A stretch of DNA of 64,000 nt from NCBI GenBank assembly GCA_039679675.1, contig JBDKUN010000030.1, forward strand, positions 743-64,742. Reading direction: 5' to 3'. This DNA comes from Armatimonadota bacterium (lineage in GTDB: Bacteria > Armatimonadota > UBA5829 > DTLH01). The translations under genes were made by a program, and so were the position numbers. Shown piece after piece: positions 63,672 to 64,000 of this stretch (positions are counted from its first letter, which is position 1; every line of letters begins with the position of its first letter). The notes below the pieces were generated by a model. It was not told where the DNA came from and did no database searches. It saw only the letters and a program-made list of their open reading frames with translations.

Positions 63672-64000
63672 ATGGAAATTATTGGTATCGGAACCGATAT
63701 TATTGAAATAGAGCGGATCGCGAAGGTGATGGCGGAAAACCATCGGTTTGCTTCGCGCATCTTCACCAGGGCAGAACTCGACTACTGCCGGGACAAGAAG
63801 AACTGCTACCCTCATTTTGCCGCAAGGTTCGCCGCCAAAGAGGCTGTCGGAAAAGCAATCGGCAGGCCGCTTTCGTGGCAGGATGTGGAAGTAGTGAAAG
63901 GCGATTGGGGAAAGCCGGAAATCAAGCTCCACGGCGAGGCAAAAGCTGCAGCGGAAGGCTGCAGGGTTTTTGTAACCATATCACACTCAAGAGACTACGC
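63672..64000 (+). CDS. acpS: Holo-[acyl-carrier-protein] synthase (partial, runs off window end)
   Basis: MEIIGIGTDIIEIERI and FAAKEAVGKA AcpS motifs; ATG at 63672; no stop before 64000. Confidence 0.8.
   Translation, partial: MEIIGIGTDIIEIERIAKVMAENHRFASRIFTRAELDYCRDKKNCYPHFAARFAAKEAVGKAIGRPLSWQDVEVVKGDWGKPEIKLHGEAKAAAEGCRVFVTISHSRDY

Overview
This 64-kb bacterial window (GC about 55%, dense coding, mostly minus strand) carries several features typical of the PVC superphylum. These are DUF1559-like pilins with an H-X9-DG motif, a sialidase, and large secreted proteins with sugar-binding domains. The dominant feature is a long co-directional minus-strand run from about 34.6 kb down to 6.4 kb. 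It begins with a housekeeping block (alaS, a 748-aa membrane protein, ruvX, mltG, a yqeG-like HAD phosphatase, aroE). It then runs straight into a compact type IV pilus / type II secretion-like locus: pilB, pilT, pilC, pilD, two H-X9-DG prepilin paralogs, three unusually large prepilin-type pseudopilins (559, 592 and 906 aa) and a 1484-aa secreted PilY1-like protein. The run ends with hemW and a TauE/SafE exporter. The rest of the window encodes [FeFe]-hydrogenase maturases hydE and hydG (without hydF or hydA), a nanA-like lyase with a sialidase, a sensor with a receiver domain, four PAS domains and an RsbW-like ATPase domain (no HisKA), STAS and RsbW partner-switching components, a standalone AICAR transformylase, glycosyltransferases and a polysaccharide deacetylase, an MFS transporter, rsmG and acpS (partial). 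The accessory content is two to three toxin-antitoxin-like pairs (DUF433/DUF5615, HEPN/MNT, XRE/ImmA) and an Mrr-type restriction endonuclease-like gene bracketed by 45-bp direct repeats. Several intergenic regions share a family of palindromic, REP-like repeat modules, including one exact 28-bp hairpin copy at two loci. No rRNA, tRNA or CRISPR array was found. The most interesting candidate system is the pilus/secretion-like operon with giant pseudopilins. Everything here is inferred from sequence motifs only; no database searches were possible.
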